From Podarcis bocagei (taxonomy: Eukaryota), in NCBI GenBank assembly GCA_964188305.1, contig OZ076901.1: DNA of 64,000 bases. One strand, 5' to 3'. Position 1 is the stretch's first letter, and the number at the start of each line of letters is the position of its first letter. Made by a program: the position numbers and the translations under genes. This document shows, piece after piece, positions 1-10,900 of the stretch. The notes below the pieces were generated by a model that did no database searches, was not told where the DNA came from, and saw only the letters and a program-made list of their open reading frames with translations.

Positions 1-797
1 ATGGCTTTCTGGGACCTAGCTGCAGCCTCTCGCTGTCTTACGTGCCTCTCTTCCAAGTGTTATAGGGGCCTAGGAGACAGATGGATTTTTAGCTCTTAAA
101 TAGGATGCTGGAATGGTGGGTGATAGGGGACCCCCACAGGGGTTCTGTTTTCTCATTGCTATCAATGTATGTGGAGTTAACAAAGGAGTATAAGAATTGG
201 CCCACATGAACACAATTCATACTACTGGGTGAGTTAAACTAATTTGCTTTATTTAGAGAACTGTGTTGTAATTATTAGATCAAGCCTCTCAAAGCAGTAT
301 ACATAAAATTTTGAAAACACCAGTCTTTCAAAGGTGCAATGCTGGATAAATAGGGTTGCATAGCAAAAAAACAGAACTAAAACTCAGATGAAATGGGACA
401 GGTGTGGCAAGTGGAGCATAGCTGCGCATCCCATGGTCACTCTTACAGAGGGTACATGCAGCTCCCACCTTGCCAATGAAACAGTTTTTTGACATCAGTC
501 AGGGTGCAGGTCCAGATGCTACATCACTTGGTAACTCGTTAGAAGGAGAGTTCATAACTCACATATATTCTTGCCTGTTCATTCTGAGGGAATGTTTGTG
601 TCCAGAGTTCCCTTTGGGATCAAGATACCCTTTTCAGAGCCTTTTACATAACCTCAGAACATAGGCAAGAGAGAGAGGAGGGAGGAAAAAGAGTAAAACA
701 GAAAGTGGGTTGTTTGTTCTCCAGTGAACACCACCAGGTTCTGGAAAATCTAAAGGTGGTCTGTAAGGTGGCTCTTACCTCTCTGCGCACCCCAGGA

Positions 798-966
798 AAG
801 GCTGTGGCTTAGTGGTGGAGCACCTGATTTGCATGCACAAGATCCTGAGTTCACATGCAGAGTGGAAAACACTCCCTGCCTGGAAGCCCTGGCTAGCCGA
901 AGGCTGGTAAGGGCAGGCAATACTGAGCAAGGTGCACCAAGGGTTAACCTGGTATAAGGCAGCTGC
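798..966 (+). mobile_element. Old tRNA-derived squamate SINE (Squam3-like)
   Basis: Head GGCTGTGGCTTAGTGGTGGAGCACCTG.TTTGCATGCA.AAG; tail GGTATAAGGCAGCT. Confidence 0.55.
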
Positions 967-1151
967 CACTCCACTTTCAGGCTGAAGCTCACAGCCTTGG
1001 AAGCTAGAAGGCTGTGAATGGAGTGCTTTGCGCTGACCTCTGTGGCCCTGTGGTGGGTGCAGAGCTTCTGGTGGCAATTGAGAGAGACAGAATGAACTCC
1101 TCCTTCAGCTATTCCTGGCAATGCTTAGATCTCACTCCTCTTCTCATCTAG

Positions 1152-4086
1152 GGAGCAGCATCCCCCAAGGAGTTTTACGCCAGAAATTCCCGGTGGACGG
1201 AGGGGCTGATTTCTGCCTCCAAGGCTGTCGGCTGGGGAGCAACTGTGCTGGTGTAAGTGTTTGGGGGAGAAAAGGCAGCAGACATCCCTGGGGTTACTTC
1301 ATAGCCTGCTGTTGGCCTGCGAGCTAGGCAGTGCTGCGATGAGGGGCTGCAGCTTGTAGCCCTGGAGTGTGAGGGGTGGCACTCTAACATCCCTTTCGCA
1401 TCATTCCCTAGAGATGCTGCTGACCTCGTGGTTCAAGGCAAGGGGAAGTTTGAGGAGCTCATGGTCTGCTCGCATGAAATTGCAGCAAGCACAGCCCAAC
1501 TAGTTGCTGCTTCAAAGGTAGGGACTGCCTTGTGATACCTCCTTAGAACCATAGAATTGGAAGAGGTCCAAAGGGTCATCTAGTCCAACCCCCTGCTGCA
1601 GGAATGTTGAGCTGAGTGCCTGAGCAAGTGGCCAACAGCCAGTCATACAAGGAATGAATAAGCTTAATAGGCTTTCCTGGGCAGTCAGGATGCCAACAGC
1701 TGTTTGACTGGCAGTGTCCTGCTCCATTTGCCACCAGCACTTTCTCATCTGCTGTCAGTGGCAAAGCAACTGAGCCAGTAGGATCCATTTGTGACCTGGT
1801 GATGTTTCCTCATCAAAATGATCCATGGCTTCCTTCCAGCTTAAGTACAGCTGCAGCTGGAACCCCATCACAAATCAGTTGTTAAAGCTTCCCACTTTGG
1901 GTGCTCCTCCTGCATAGACAATCATCCAAAGGCTTTTCTGGAAAACCCAGTTTAATGTCTCAGGATCCCACTTCCAAAAGAGTTTCTAAAAGTTTGATCT
2001 GTGAAGTAGGGAGAAGAAACTAATAAGGGGCTTTGGGTGGGCAAGAGTGCATTTCATGAGTGTTTTGCTCCTGGGGATATAGTCTAGGACCACCCGTGGT
2101 GCCTGGTGTTTGAGCTTTTCTTCTAGGATGGCATTAGAGTGGCACTGGGGGCCTTTGCTTGCTCTCTTCCCAACCAGCAGGGGATCTTCCCTTTCCTTTT
2201 TGTAACATCTGGAGCAGCACGTTGCAGATCACTTGCTTTGTCCACCACATGTGGCACGTAGAATCCTTTTCTCCCACCTGCAAAGAAGCCACTGATTCTC
2301 CTCTTTGATCCACCAGGTGAAAGCAGATAAAGACAGCACAAACCTCAGCAAGCTCCAGACTGCCTCCCGGGGAGTCAACCAGGCGACAGCCAGGGTGGTG
2401 GCTACCACCAAGTCAGGAATGTCACAAATTCAGGAGACAGGTCAGTTTCTGAATCTGAAGTTGGAGGTCCCTTTTCCCTCCTGTTGTTGTTGTTTAGTTG
2501 TGTCCAATTCTTCGTGACCCCATGGACCAGAGCACACCAGGCACTCCTGTCTTCCACTGCCTCCCACAGTTTGGTCAAACTCATGCTGGCAGCTTCGAGA
2601 ACACTGTCCAACCATCTCATCCTCTGTCGTCCCCTTCTCCTTGTGCCCTCAATCTTCCCAACATCAGGGTCTTTTCCAGGGAGTCTTCTCTTCTCATGAG
2701 GTGGCCAAAGTATTGGAGCCTCAGCTTCAGGATCTGTCCTTCCAGTGAGCACTCAGGGTTGATTTCCCTAAGAATGGAGAGGTTTGATCTTCTTGCAGTC
2801 CATGGGACTCTCTAGAGTCTCCTCCAGCACCACAATTCAAAAGCATCAATTCTTCGGCGATCAGCCTTCTTTATGGTCCAGCTCTCACTTCTATACATAA
2901 CTGGGAAAACCATAGCTTTAACTATACGGACCTTTGTCGGCAAGGTGATGTCTCTGCTTTTTAAGATGCTGTCTAGGTAGACACCTCCTGTAGGCACCTG
3001 TTTCTCTAAGGCAGAGGGGTAGCGGTCTCTGTTTTTCATTCAGTTCAGTTACAGCCTCTCTCTTACTTTTTTGACTTATTCATCTGGCTGCTTGAGTCCC
3101 ACAGGAAGCACAGCTGGGCTCACCAGCTGCCAGGCAGTTCTCAGCACAATGTGGGAAGGGATGAGTCCTGCACTTCCATGCTTCCATTAATGAGAGTAAA
3201 CTTATGTGTTCTCCCCCTGCAGACAGCATGGACTTCTCCGCCATAACGCTAACACAGATGAAGCGTCAAGAAATGGATTCCCAGGTATTTGGGAGAGGGA
3301 GGGAGAAAAGAGAGTAAAAAATGCCAGGCAGAGCAGAAGGAAGAGGCATTGCAGCCTGACTCCAGAAGTCTTTCTCCTCCCTCCTAGGTGCGAGTCCTGG
3401 AGCTGGAGAACCAGTTGCAGAAGGAACGCCAGCGCCTGGGAGAGCTGCGGAAGAAGCACTACGAACTGGCAGGGGTGGCTGAAGGCTGGGATGAGAATGG
3501 TGAGTCTGATAGCCTGTTGGCTTCTATGTTGGCCTCTGGGCCACAGCAGGTTCTGGGCATGCTGGCCTAGCCACAATTCTCCCAACTTGGGCCTGTAGCC
3601 TCCTTCCTGCTAAGACACGGAGGACCAGCAAAGGGAAAGGAACCACAGTTGAAGGCCCTTTCATCTCAATTCCCAACACCTTGAGTTAGTGCTGCAACCA
3701 CCGAAAGGGCAAAATTACATTTGTGGAGCACCCATGCCAAAAATAATAATAATCTTGGGTCAAGGAAAGCCTTACCTTATAGCAGTGGTAAGGAAATAGC
3801 CCACCCTCCTCTGATAGGCCACATTTGGAAGGTAAGCGGAGCTGCCTACCTGTCAATCACTTGCCACCAGCTGTCAAACATCAAAGGAAGAAACGGAAGC
3901 ATGCTCTTGAGTGAGCTCCCAATTATTTTGTTGTTCCTTCCTTTGCAACCCCAGCTGGAGCCATAGCTGAGGTTTGAATCCAAACTGTGCTTGAAAGATT
4001 TATTCCAAAAGCAGGTTAGTTATGGGTTGTATTCACACATATACACCAATACCTTGACTTCCCTAGTTGCCTATACCTGACAAAGA

Positions 4087-4140
<54 letters not shown>

Positions 4141-4163
4141 CAGGTGCTAATCTAGCCCCCTGA
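1152..4163 (+). CDS. HIP1: Huntingtin-interacting protein 1, 3' part (THATCH/I-LWEQ domain and latch). Coding exons 1152-1252, 1412-1517, 2317-2440, 3223-3284, 3388-3499, 4144-4163 (TGA 4161-4163). Upstream exons lie outside the window.
   Basis: Spliced translation GAASPKEFYARNSRWTEGLISASKAVGWGATVLV-DAADLVVQGKGKFEELMVCSHEIAASTAQLVAASK-VKADKDSTNLSKLQTASRGVNQAT...-DSMDFSAITLTQMKRQEMDSQ-VRVLELENQLQKERQRLGELRKKHYELAGVAEGWDEN-GANLAP*. All introns GT-AG with matching phases. DAADLVVQG/FEELMVC is HIP1-type rather than HIP1R-type. The last 20-nt coding exon is the least certain. Confidence 0.95.
1545..1605 (-). mobile_element. CR1 3'-terminal fragment
   Basis: CATAGAATTGGAAGAGGTCCAAAGGGTCATCTAGTCCAACCCCCTG is a typical reverse-complemented CR1 3' end. 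Confidence 0.6.
2482..2977 (-). mobile_element. RTE-BovB LINE, 5'-truncated 3' fragment in a HIP1 intron
   Basis: Minus-strand translations LDSILKSRDITLPTKVRIVKAMVFPV...WTIKKADRRRIDAFELWCWRRL and GKIEGTRRRGRQRMRWLD...[11 protein letters not shown] match the BovB ORF C-terminus (frameshifted). (CAA)n tail. Confidence 0.92.
4091..4136. repeat. (TC)23 microsatellite
   Basis: Direct reading. Confidence 0.95.
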
Positions 4164-4667
4164 GGAGACAGCTGGAGAAGAGGCACCATCCATTGGTGCA
4201 GCTCCTTCCAAACACGAATTATAAACTCCTTTGGAACATACCGCAAAGCCTGTGCTCACCACGAAGACATTCCTCTCTCTCTTGGGCCAGCCAGGGCGCC
4301 CTGCTGGTCAAGAAGATAGTAGCAGCCATGGCAGAGGGGCACAGGGAGAGGAGGTGAGGAGCCTCCCCAGCACCATAGCAGCAACAGTAGCAGCATCCAT
4401 ATGCACTGCCTGCCATAGCCCACAAAGCCCACACTGGCCTCATGGGCATTGTTCTAGCTTTGCAGCCTCTCTGCAAAAGTCGTACTCCATCTCTCTCTCC
4501 TCCACCACCTTCAGTTCACTTCCTTATTTGCACAACCTCCGAGCTGCCAGTCTTGGCCTTCGACCCACACCAGGGCCCGTGGTGACATCTCTCTGCTCAT
4601 GCTGCTTCTCTTTGTCTGCCACCTCTTGTCCTCAGAACCAAGAGGGTGGCAGGACCTGCTGAAACTG

Positions 4668-4670
<3 letters not shown>

Positions 4671-4712
<42 letters not shown>
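4671..4712. repeat. (TG)21 microsatellite
   Basis: Direct reading. Confidence 0.95.
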
Positions 4713-4715
<3 letters not shown>

Positions 4716-5340
4716 ACTTGACCACCCTGCGATGACAGGGCTGGAGGGCCTTCAGTACAAACAGACCATGGTGCCCATAGAAGGGATGGATTAGGTCCAT
4801 CCCGGAGGTGGGTGGCAGCCATCTTCTCACAGGCCATCCCATAACAGGCAGGAAACGCTTCTTGGCCTCACAGCCCCTCTCTTCTCTGGCTCCGCTGCCC
4901 GCTCCAACAAAGCAGGCCTTTCTGCTGCTTGAGAGCAGCCCACTGTGTGTTGAGCCAGCAATAAACAGCTGAGAATCTCGGAGCGGGAAGAGCTGGCGAG
5001 GGTCTGATGGGGCCAGAGCAGCTGCTTTCATGTTGGGCTCTGTGAGAGACTCCACCTGCTCATACATAGACCTGGCCAGTTGCCCTTTTCTCACACGGAG
5101 TCCATTAGCACAACCCATCAGCCCTCCCTGGACCGAACGGAGTCTGAAATAGCCAGCAACGCAAGGCAATGTGGATCCTGTTGTAGACTTGGCTTCTGCC
5201 CCACCCAACTGATGCTGCCTTCCATGACTGGCTGCCTCAGGCACCTTGTGATCACTGTGAGTCATTAGCCATACAGCAGTGGAAACATCTGGGCAGCAAC
5301 ACTTCACTGTCCTCGTTCATGATAGAGGAGTAGGTTTGCG

Positions 5341-5341
5341 C

Positions 5342-5377
<36 letters not shown>

Positions 5378-5388
5378 ACATACACACA
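5341..5388. repeat. Compound (CT)n(CA)n microsatellite
   Basis: Direct reading. Confidence 0.9.
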
Positions 5389-7160
5389 AGCATGGATACA
5401 CCTGTACACCCTAGATTAAAACCTGCCACTGGGGGGCAATCCAATCTGTGCCTGCTCCTCGCTCCAGCTGGGGCATTCACTCGGAAGCAGAGAACCTCCC
5501 TGCTGCATCGGGTGGGACTGCCCTGTGCCTGGTATTTGCCAGCAGGCCAACCTGTTTCAACTTGAGGGCGGGAGGGTTCAAGCTACAATCCAAACAAAGG
5601 TGACCATCATGTAACATTCTTCCTGGGTCATCTGAAAAGGCCCCAAGGGCTGCCAAAGAGTCTGGGAACTTTGGAAGCTCTAACAATGGAGTGGGTAGTT
5701 GGACTGGGCCCAGGATCAGCCTTTGACAAGGCAAAACAGGGAAATTTGTGAGTCTGACTTGTGGCGCTGTGTCCCACAGTGTGCCTGGGCCCGTTCCAGA
5801 CTCTCCTCCTTGCCCTCAAGTCACTCAAGATCAGTCTGTCTTTCGCACACTGCCATTGGGGTGCAGGGGCTGGAGGGACCCACAGATGAGCCAGGGTTTC
5901 TTGCTCTCCACGTTGGGAATTACTCCGACTTGCCTACCCCTCTCCAGTTCTTCTGAAGAAGTCGTTGCTTAGACCAACAGCCTCTCCAAGTGGTGCCTGT
6001 TAATGCCCCCAGCCTTCCTGCCATCTGGGTGGCAGCAGCCCAAGAACCAAATAGCCCTCTCTTCCCACCGCCAGCTTGAATGAGGCCACTCAGCTGCCTG
6101 TCTCTGTCTCCAAAGCAGCAGGAACAGCCTTGCTGCCACAGCACATGATAGGAGAAGGGGCTCCATATGGCACTGAACTACCCTTACGCAACCCCTTCTG
6201 CCCTCCGCCCCCTCCCCCCCAACTACCTCAGGTTTTCAGGCTGATGGGCCACCCATGTTGGGGACAAAACAGAAGAAGACTGCCTGCCAGGGTGATGTCT
6301 TGAGCCTGGCAGAAAGGCCATTTTGTCTCACTAGTAAAGTGACTTCCTCAGTGCTCGCTCTTTCTCCTCTATTTTTTAAACGTTTCCTAAATTGGGGTGA
6401 GGGGTGTCAAACAAAAACTTCCATTAGAGCAGTTTCCCTTAAGTGACTAAAATCACTCACCACAGGTCTGGGGCCAGGTTACCAGTTGACCCAGGTGCCA
6501 GCTCTCTTTTTAATTATTGTATTAAATACAAGATTCCCCCCCCCCCTTTGTATGATATGTTGAATGTGTGTTTTCAATTTTTAAATAAATATTTCAACCC
6601 GGTTCTGTTGGCTTTGTAATTTGTAAGAGGGAGATCCAGGATTCACAGTGTTCCCTTTGGCAGACTTACTTTTCCAGCTTACTGGATGTGATCAGGTGAA
6701 CCCAACAATCTAGCCAGACCAACACCCAAAGTAGAGTTGGTTGACCTATAGCAGCCTTCCTCAACCCAGTGGCCTCCAGCTTGGGGCTGATGAGAGTTGC
6801 AGTTCAAAATAATATGTGGGGTGCTGGGTTGGGCTAAAGGCAGAGAGAGAGTAGCATGCTGACCGTCCTCCTGCCTTTGGGGTCAGAATAACACAAAAAT
6901 ATGCATGTCTGACATTGTGGAAGGCTAGAATTTAACAATGGCCCCCTTAGGCCATGACACAGAGAGAAGGGTAGTGGTTAGGGAGAACAGGGCCAGAGCT
7001 TTTGGAATGACTCAATATGAAGTATATAGAACTTATAGAAGCTGCATTGAGCTCAAGGATTAAGCATCCTTGATCCCAGCTTTCAACACCCTGATAACCC
7101 CTTGAGGCACTTCGTATCACCACATTCATTCCTGCACCTTTGTCCACACCATTGTTCATT

Positions 7161-7297
7161 GTATCTGAAGAAGTGTGCATGCACACGAAAGCTCATACCA
7201 AGAACTAACTTAGTTGGTCTTTAAGGTGCTACTGGAAGGAATTTTTTTATTTTGACTATGGCAGACCAACACGGCTACCTATCTGCAACTGGAACCA
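7161..7297 (+). mobile_element. Penelope-like element (Neptune-type pseudo-LTR) fragment with a minimal hammerhead motif
   Basis: GTATCTGAAGAAGTGTGCATGCACACGAAAGCTCATAC...TTGGTCTTTAAGGTGCTACTGG...AGACCAACACGGCTAC. Flanking duplication ACCATT(G/A)TTCATTGT at 7148-7162 and 7294-7308. Family assigned from memory. Confidence 0.75.
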
Positions 7298-7995
7298 TTA
7301 TTCATTGTTTGTTTTAAACATTTATACCCTGCTTTCTTCCTCCACAAGCGAGTTGCTCAAAGCAGCTTGCAGAGTGCCGGCTGGGTTGGGTCTCAGTGAA
7401 ATTCACTCATTGGATCTTTTCTTCTAGCCCAGCCTTCTGGTACTTAATTTCTTATGAAAGTCCCAGCTGTCAAATGTAGAAGAGCTTCTGACACCCTTCA
7501 GGAGTTCTGTTCAGTAAACCCTGTGCTATAATGGCCCTTGGCCTTTTGTACAACAGTCCTCATTGGGGTGTCTCACCTGAGCAAATGAAAAATGCTGTTT
7601 TATTTCTGTAAGGCACTGCTTAAGGAGCAAGGACCTGATTTCCCTACCCTGGGCAATTGTACTTAAAACCTTTGTTTTTACTCTGCACTTCAGTGGAAAA
7701 GGCAACCAAAGTCCTTTGGGAAAGGACTGAACCTCAATAGCAGACCATCCACTTTGCATGCAGAAGCTCCCAGTTTCAATTCCCAGCATTTTCCAAACTG
7801 CTGCCACTCAGTGAATACTAAGGTTGATGGATCTATGCCCTGACTTGATAGGAGATAGCTTCCTAAAGTGACGTACAAAGATAAATAATAATACAAGCCT
7901 CATGCTACAATTCATAATCTAAAAGACCTTAAAGGAAAAAGGAGAAAAAAACAGCAAACTGGCACTAGTTCTTATTGGTTACAGAGTTCTCATTA

Positions 7996-8214
7996 CAGTG
8001 GTACCTTGGGTTAAGTACTTCGTTCCGGAGGTCCGTTCTTAACCTGAAACTGTTCTTAACCTGAAGCACACTTTAGCTAATGGAGCCTCCAGCTGCCGCC
8101 GTGCCGCCAGAGCACGATTTCTGTTCTCATCCTGAAGCAAAGTTCTTAACCCGAGGTACTATTTCTGGGTTAGCAGTCTGTAGCCTGAAGCGTATGTAAT
8201 CTGAGGTACCACTG
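7996..8214. mobile_element. Tc1/mariner (Tigger-like) MITE, copy 1
   Basis: Terminal inverted repeats CAGTGGTACCT...AGGTACCACTG, TA duplications on both sides, internal TAACCTGAAG repeats. Same family as 46839 and 48460. Confidence 0.88.
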
Positions 8215-8236
8215 TAGAACCAAGTGTGATGGAAAC

Positions 8237-8761
8237 TGTTATGGTAAAATCTGGGTGCGAGGCTGCTCTGCCACCCAGTTCGTCGGACTAAGTCCGCGGG
8301 TCCCTGCAGAGGAAAATGAGCTCAGCCGGAGACAGGAGCAAACTGCAGAAGATCCAAGTTTATTGCGCAACAGGTTCAAGGTGAGATTGAACAGCGAGAA
8401 AGGGGTGACATGAACTTTTGAAACTTCCCTCCATGTCCCAGAATACAGTGCAGAATACATCCCAGTTACATAATGAATACATTAAGAAGAGGTTGGGTTA
8501 ACACAGATTACATCATGAATACATTAAGAAGAGGTTGGGTTACACAGGATTAACATATGGAGGAGGGAGGGGGGAATATGCAGAGCTGGAGATATTGCGC
8601 AGATAAGCACATCCTGAGTACCGGTGATGAGAAGACAATGGTCCATGTATGCATAGCCTGCCACCTGGCCTTGCCCGGAGGAAAGGCTTGGCAGAGTGAT
8701 TTGACAGGATTAGGGTCTTGACACCTTGCTTGAGGGATTATGGAGGACAGGGGAGGTGTCA
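8237..8761 (-). mobile_element. Possible solo LTR fragment containing a 42-bp tandem duplication
   Basis: Begins TGTTA; minus-strand AATAAA at ~8358-8363; tandem units 8466-8507 and 8508-8549. No TSD found and the right end is uncertain. Confidence 0.35.
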
Positions 8762-8909
8762 TGGAGTCCTAGGGAAATTGAGCAAATTGGCACGTTGATT
8801 TTCTATGAATTTTATAGATTTTAGTCCCTTTTGACATTGACAATTGGAAATAAATGGATATATTGTAGCAAAGAAGAAGGTGAAGAAGACATGCCCCCCC
8901 TTCCGTATC

Positions 8910-9056
8910 CAGTGGCGTAGCATGGGGGGTGCAGGGGGGGCCGGCCGCACTGGGCGCAACATCTGGGGGTTAGGGTTAGGGGGCACAAATCCACGGGTTA
9001 GGGGGCGCAAATTACTTGCCTTGCCCCAGGTGCTGACAACCCACGCTACGCCACTG
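8910..9056. mobile_element. hAT-superfamily MITE (147 bp)
   Basis: TIR CAGTGGCGTAGC...GCTACGCCACTG; perfect 8-bp TSD TCCGTATC at 8902-8909 and 9057-9064. Confidence 0.88.
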
Positions 9057-10049
9057 TCCGTATCAAAACCATTGTGGAAGAAAAGGAGCTGAGATTTGTT
9101 GGTCTGCTTGAACCGGTGCAGCATCTCTGCTTCCCATCTAGCCTCATTGGATGGTTGCACCCAAGTGATGGTTGATAATGGGTGCCATGCCAGAGGGTAG
9201 TAATGATTTATATATAGCCAAAGAAGTACCCCATATTTAACCCTCTTATTTTAAAAGGGTAAAAAATAGATCTATTTTCAAGCTGTGTTTTGCTGCGTCT
9301 GGAGAGCTCCCCTTCACAGAACTAGTTTTTCCTGAAGAGGAAGGATAATCCTTAAACTGGTTTAAGGCTGCAATCCAATATACATGGTTACTGGGCCACA
9401 TCAGAGTGGGCTGCTCTAACAAGAGGTGGAGGACGTATGTGGGGAGCTCAGGTGTTGCTGGACTCCTGCTCCCATCAACCTTTGCCATTGGCAATGTTGG
9501 CTAGGGCTGATGGCGGCTGGGAGTCTTGTAGCAACATCCTAAAAGCGCCATGTTGACTACTCATGGCTGAGGTGCAGGACAGGTGCTGAGTCTACCAGCA
9601 CTGCCTTTCCCCTCCTTGGATCTTAACCCAGGGCAGCTGATCGGAGGATTTTAATTTACTTAGTCCTACTCCGAGTGGACCCACTGAAATGAATATCATA
9701 ATCATTGGTGAATTCATTCCAACGGGCAGCCCACTGGGAGGACTTGCTTGGCTGCAGCCTCAGAACCTCCAAGCGCCACCGCAGTCTACCTCCGTGAGGG
9801 GATTGTTGCCCCCGTGTGCGTTGTTTTTCTTACTGATACGTGTTAGTAATTTATTTCTATTACTGTTTCTACTTTATTCTTATTTATTCGCGTAATTCGT
9901 GCTTTTTGTTTCCCCCTTTTTGTGACTGTAACCAGTCACAAACATCTCTTCAGCTCCTTCTGTGGCCAGACATTTTCTATGACCTGTTAGCCGGGCTCCT
10001 CTTCTCCTCATGGCCAATTCGGGGACACTTGCGAGGGAGACCATTTTGA

Positions 10050-10900
10050 ATCCCCGCCTGCCCAGGGGTCAACCCAGGCTGGGAAGAGCGAGAGAGAGAG
10101 CGACTCAGATTCACCTCAGCGCTTCAGGCGCCCCGCCCCACTTTCCTTCCTTCCCGCCTTTCTTCCCTCCCCTCCGCCTCGCAGAAAGAGGCCTCTCGTT
10201 CTCTCCAGGCCACGCCCATTCCCTCCCTCCTCCTCCCCCGTGCCGACGAGATCCACGGACCACGCCCCCTTGTTCCTCGGGCGCGCGCGGGCGCGCGGTG
10301 CATGCCGGGCACGGGAAAGGGAAGAGCGCGAGTGGCTGAGGCGGCCGTGGCGGCTGCGGCGCGTCGGGGCCTCGATGTCTCGGGGCGGCGGCGCGTCGGG
10401 GCCCGGCTGGGGCTGGTGGCCTCCGTCGCGGCGGCGGAATCCTCGCGAGCGAGAGCAGCAGCAGCGGGGCCGGCGGAGAGGCGGAGGGTCGTCTGAGGGC
10501 GGCCGGGCTTGGGCCTTCCCCGCGGCCGCGGCGGCAGCGGCCGCGGCGTCGCTGTCGCTGCTGGTACTGCTGCTGGGCCTGTCCGGGGCGGCGCTCTCGC
10601 TGGCCGTGGCGGCGGCGGCCGGGGGAGCCTGGGCGGCCGCCTCGTCCTCTGCGGGAGGAGGAGGCTTCGGGAAGGAGATGAAGGGGCCGTCGTCGCTGCC
10701 CCACCGCGCCTTCTCCCCTGCCGTGGCCAACGGGGGCCCTGCCATGGGGGGCGGATGCTGCTACGCCTCACCGGCCCCGGTCCTGCCCGAAAGGAAGCGG
10801 CGGCAGTTGCAGCAGCAGCATCAAAGAGGGAGCTGCGGGTAAGAAGAGGGCGACGGGTAGTCCTCTCTCCACGCCCCCCACCCAAGAGCGCTCGGAAGAA
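10050..10900. promoter_or_regulatory. CpG island / promoter and first exon of POM121
   Basis: Very GC- and CpG-rich; GC boxes; NRF1-like GCGGTGCATGCC near 10295-10306. Confidence 0.85.

Larger units (their letters stand above)
4164..6610 (+). other. Probable HIP1 3' UTR, ending near the polyadenylation signals ATTAAA (6521) and AATAAA (6584-6589)
   Basis: Follows the HIP1 stop. AU-rich end with TTGTA motifs, AATAAA and a downstream GU-rich tract. Confidence 0.55.

Noticed and set aside
4597-5307. 236-aa minus-strand ORF
   Set aside because: Antisense to the HIP1 3' UTR, runs through a (TG)n repeat, no recognisable homology.
8466-8549. Two 42-bp direct repeats, superficially CRISPR-like
   Set aside because: Adjacent tandem duplication with no spacers, in eukaryotic DNA.
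10302-10496. Overlapping upstream ORF ahead of the POM121 start
   Set aside because: The ATG lies inside an NRF1-like promoter motif and is probably upstream of the TSS; it cannot be supported without TSS data.
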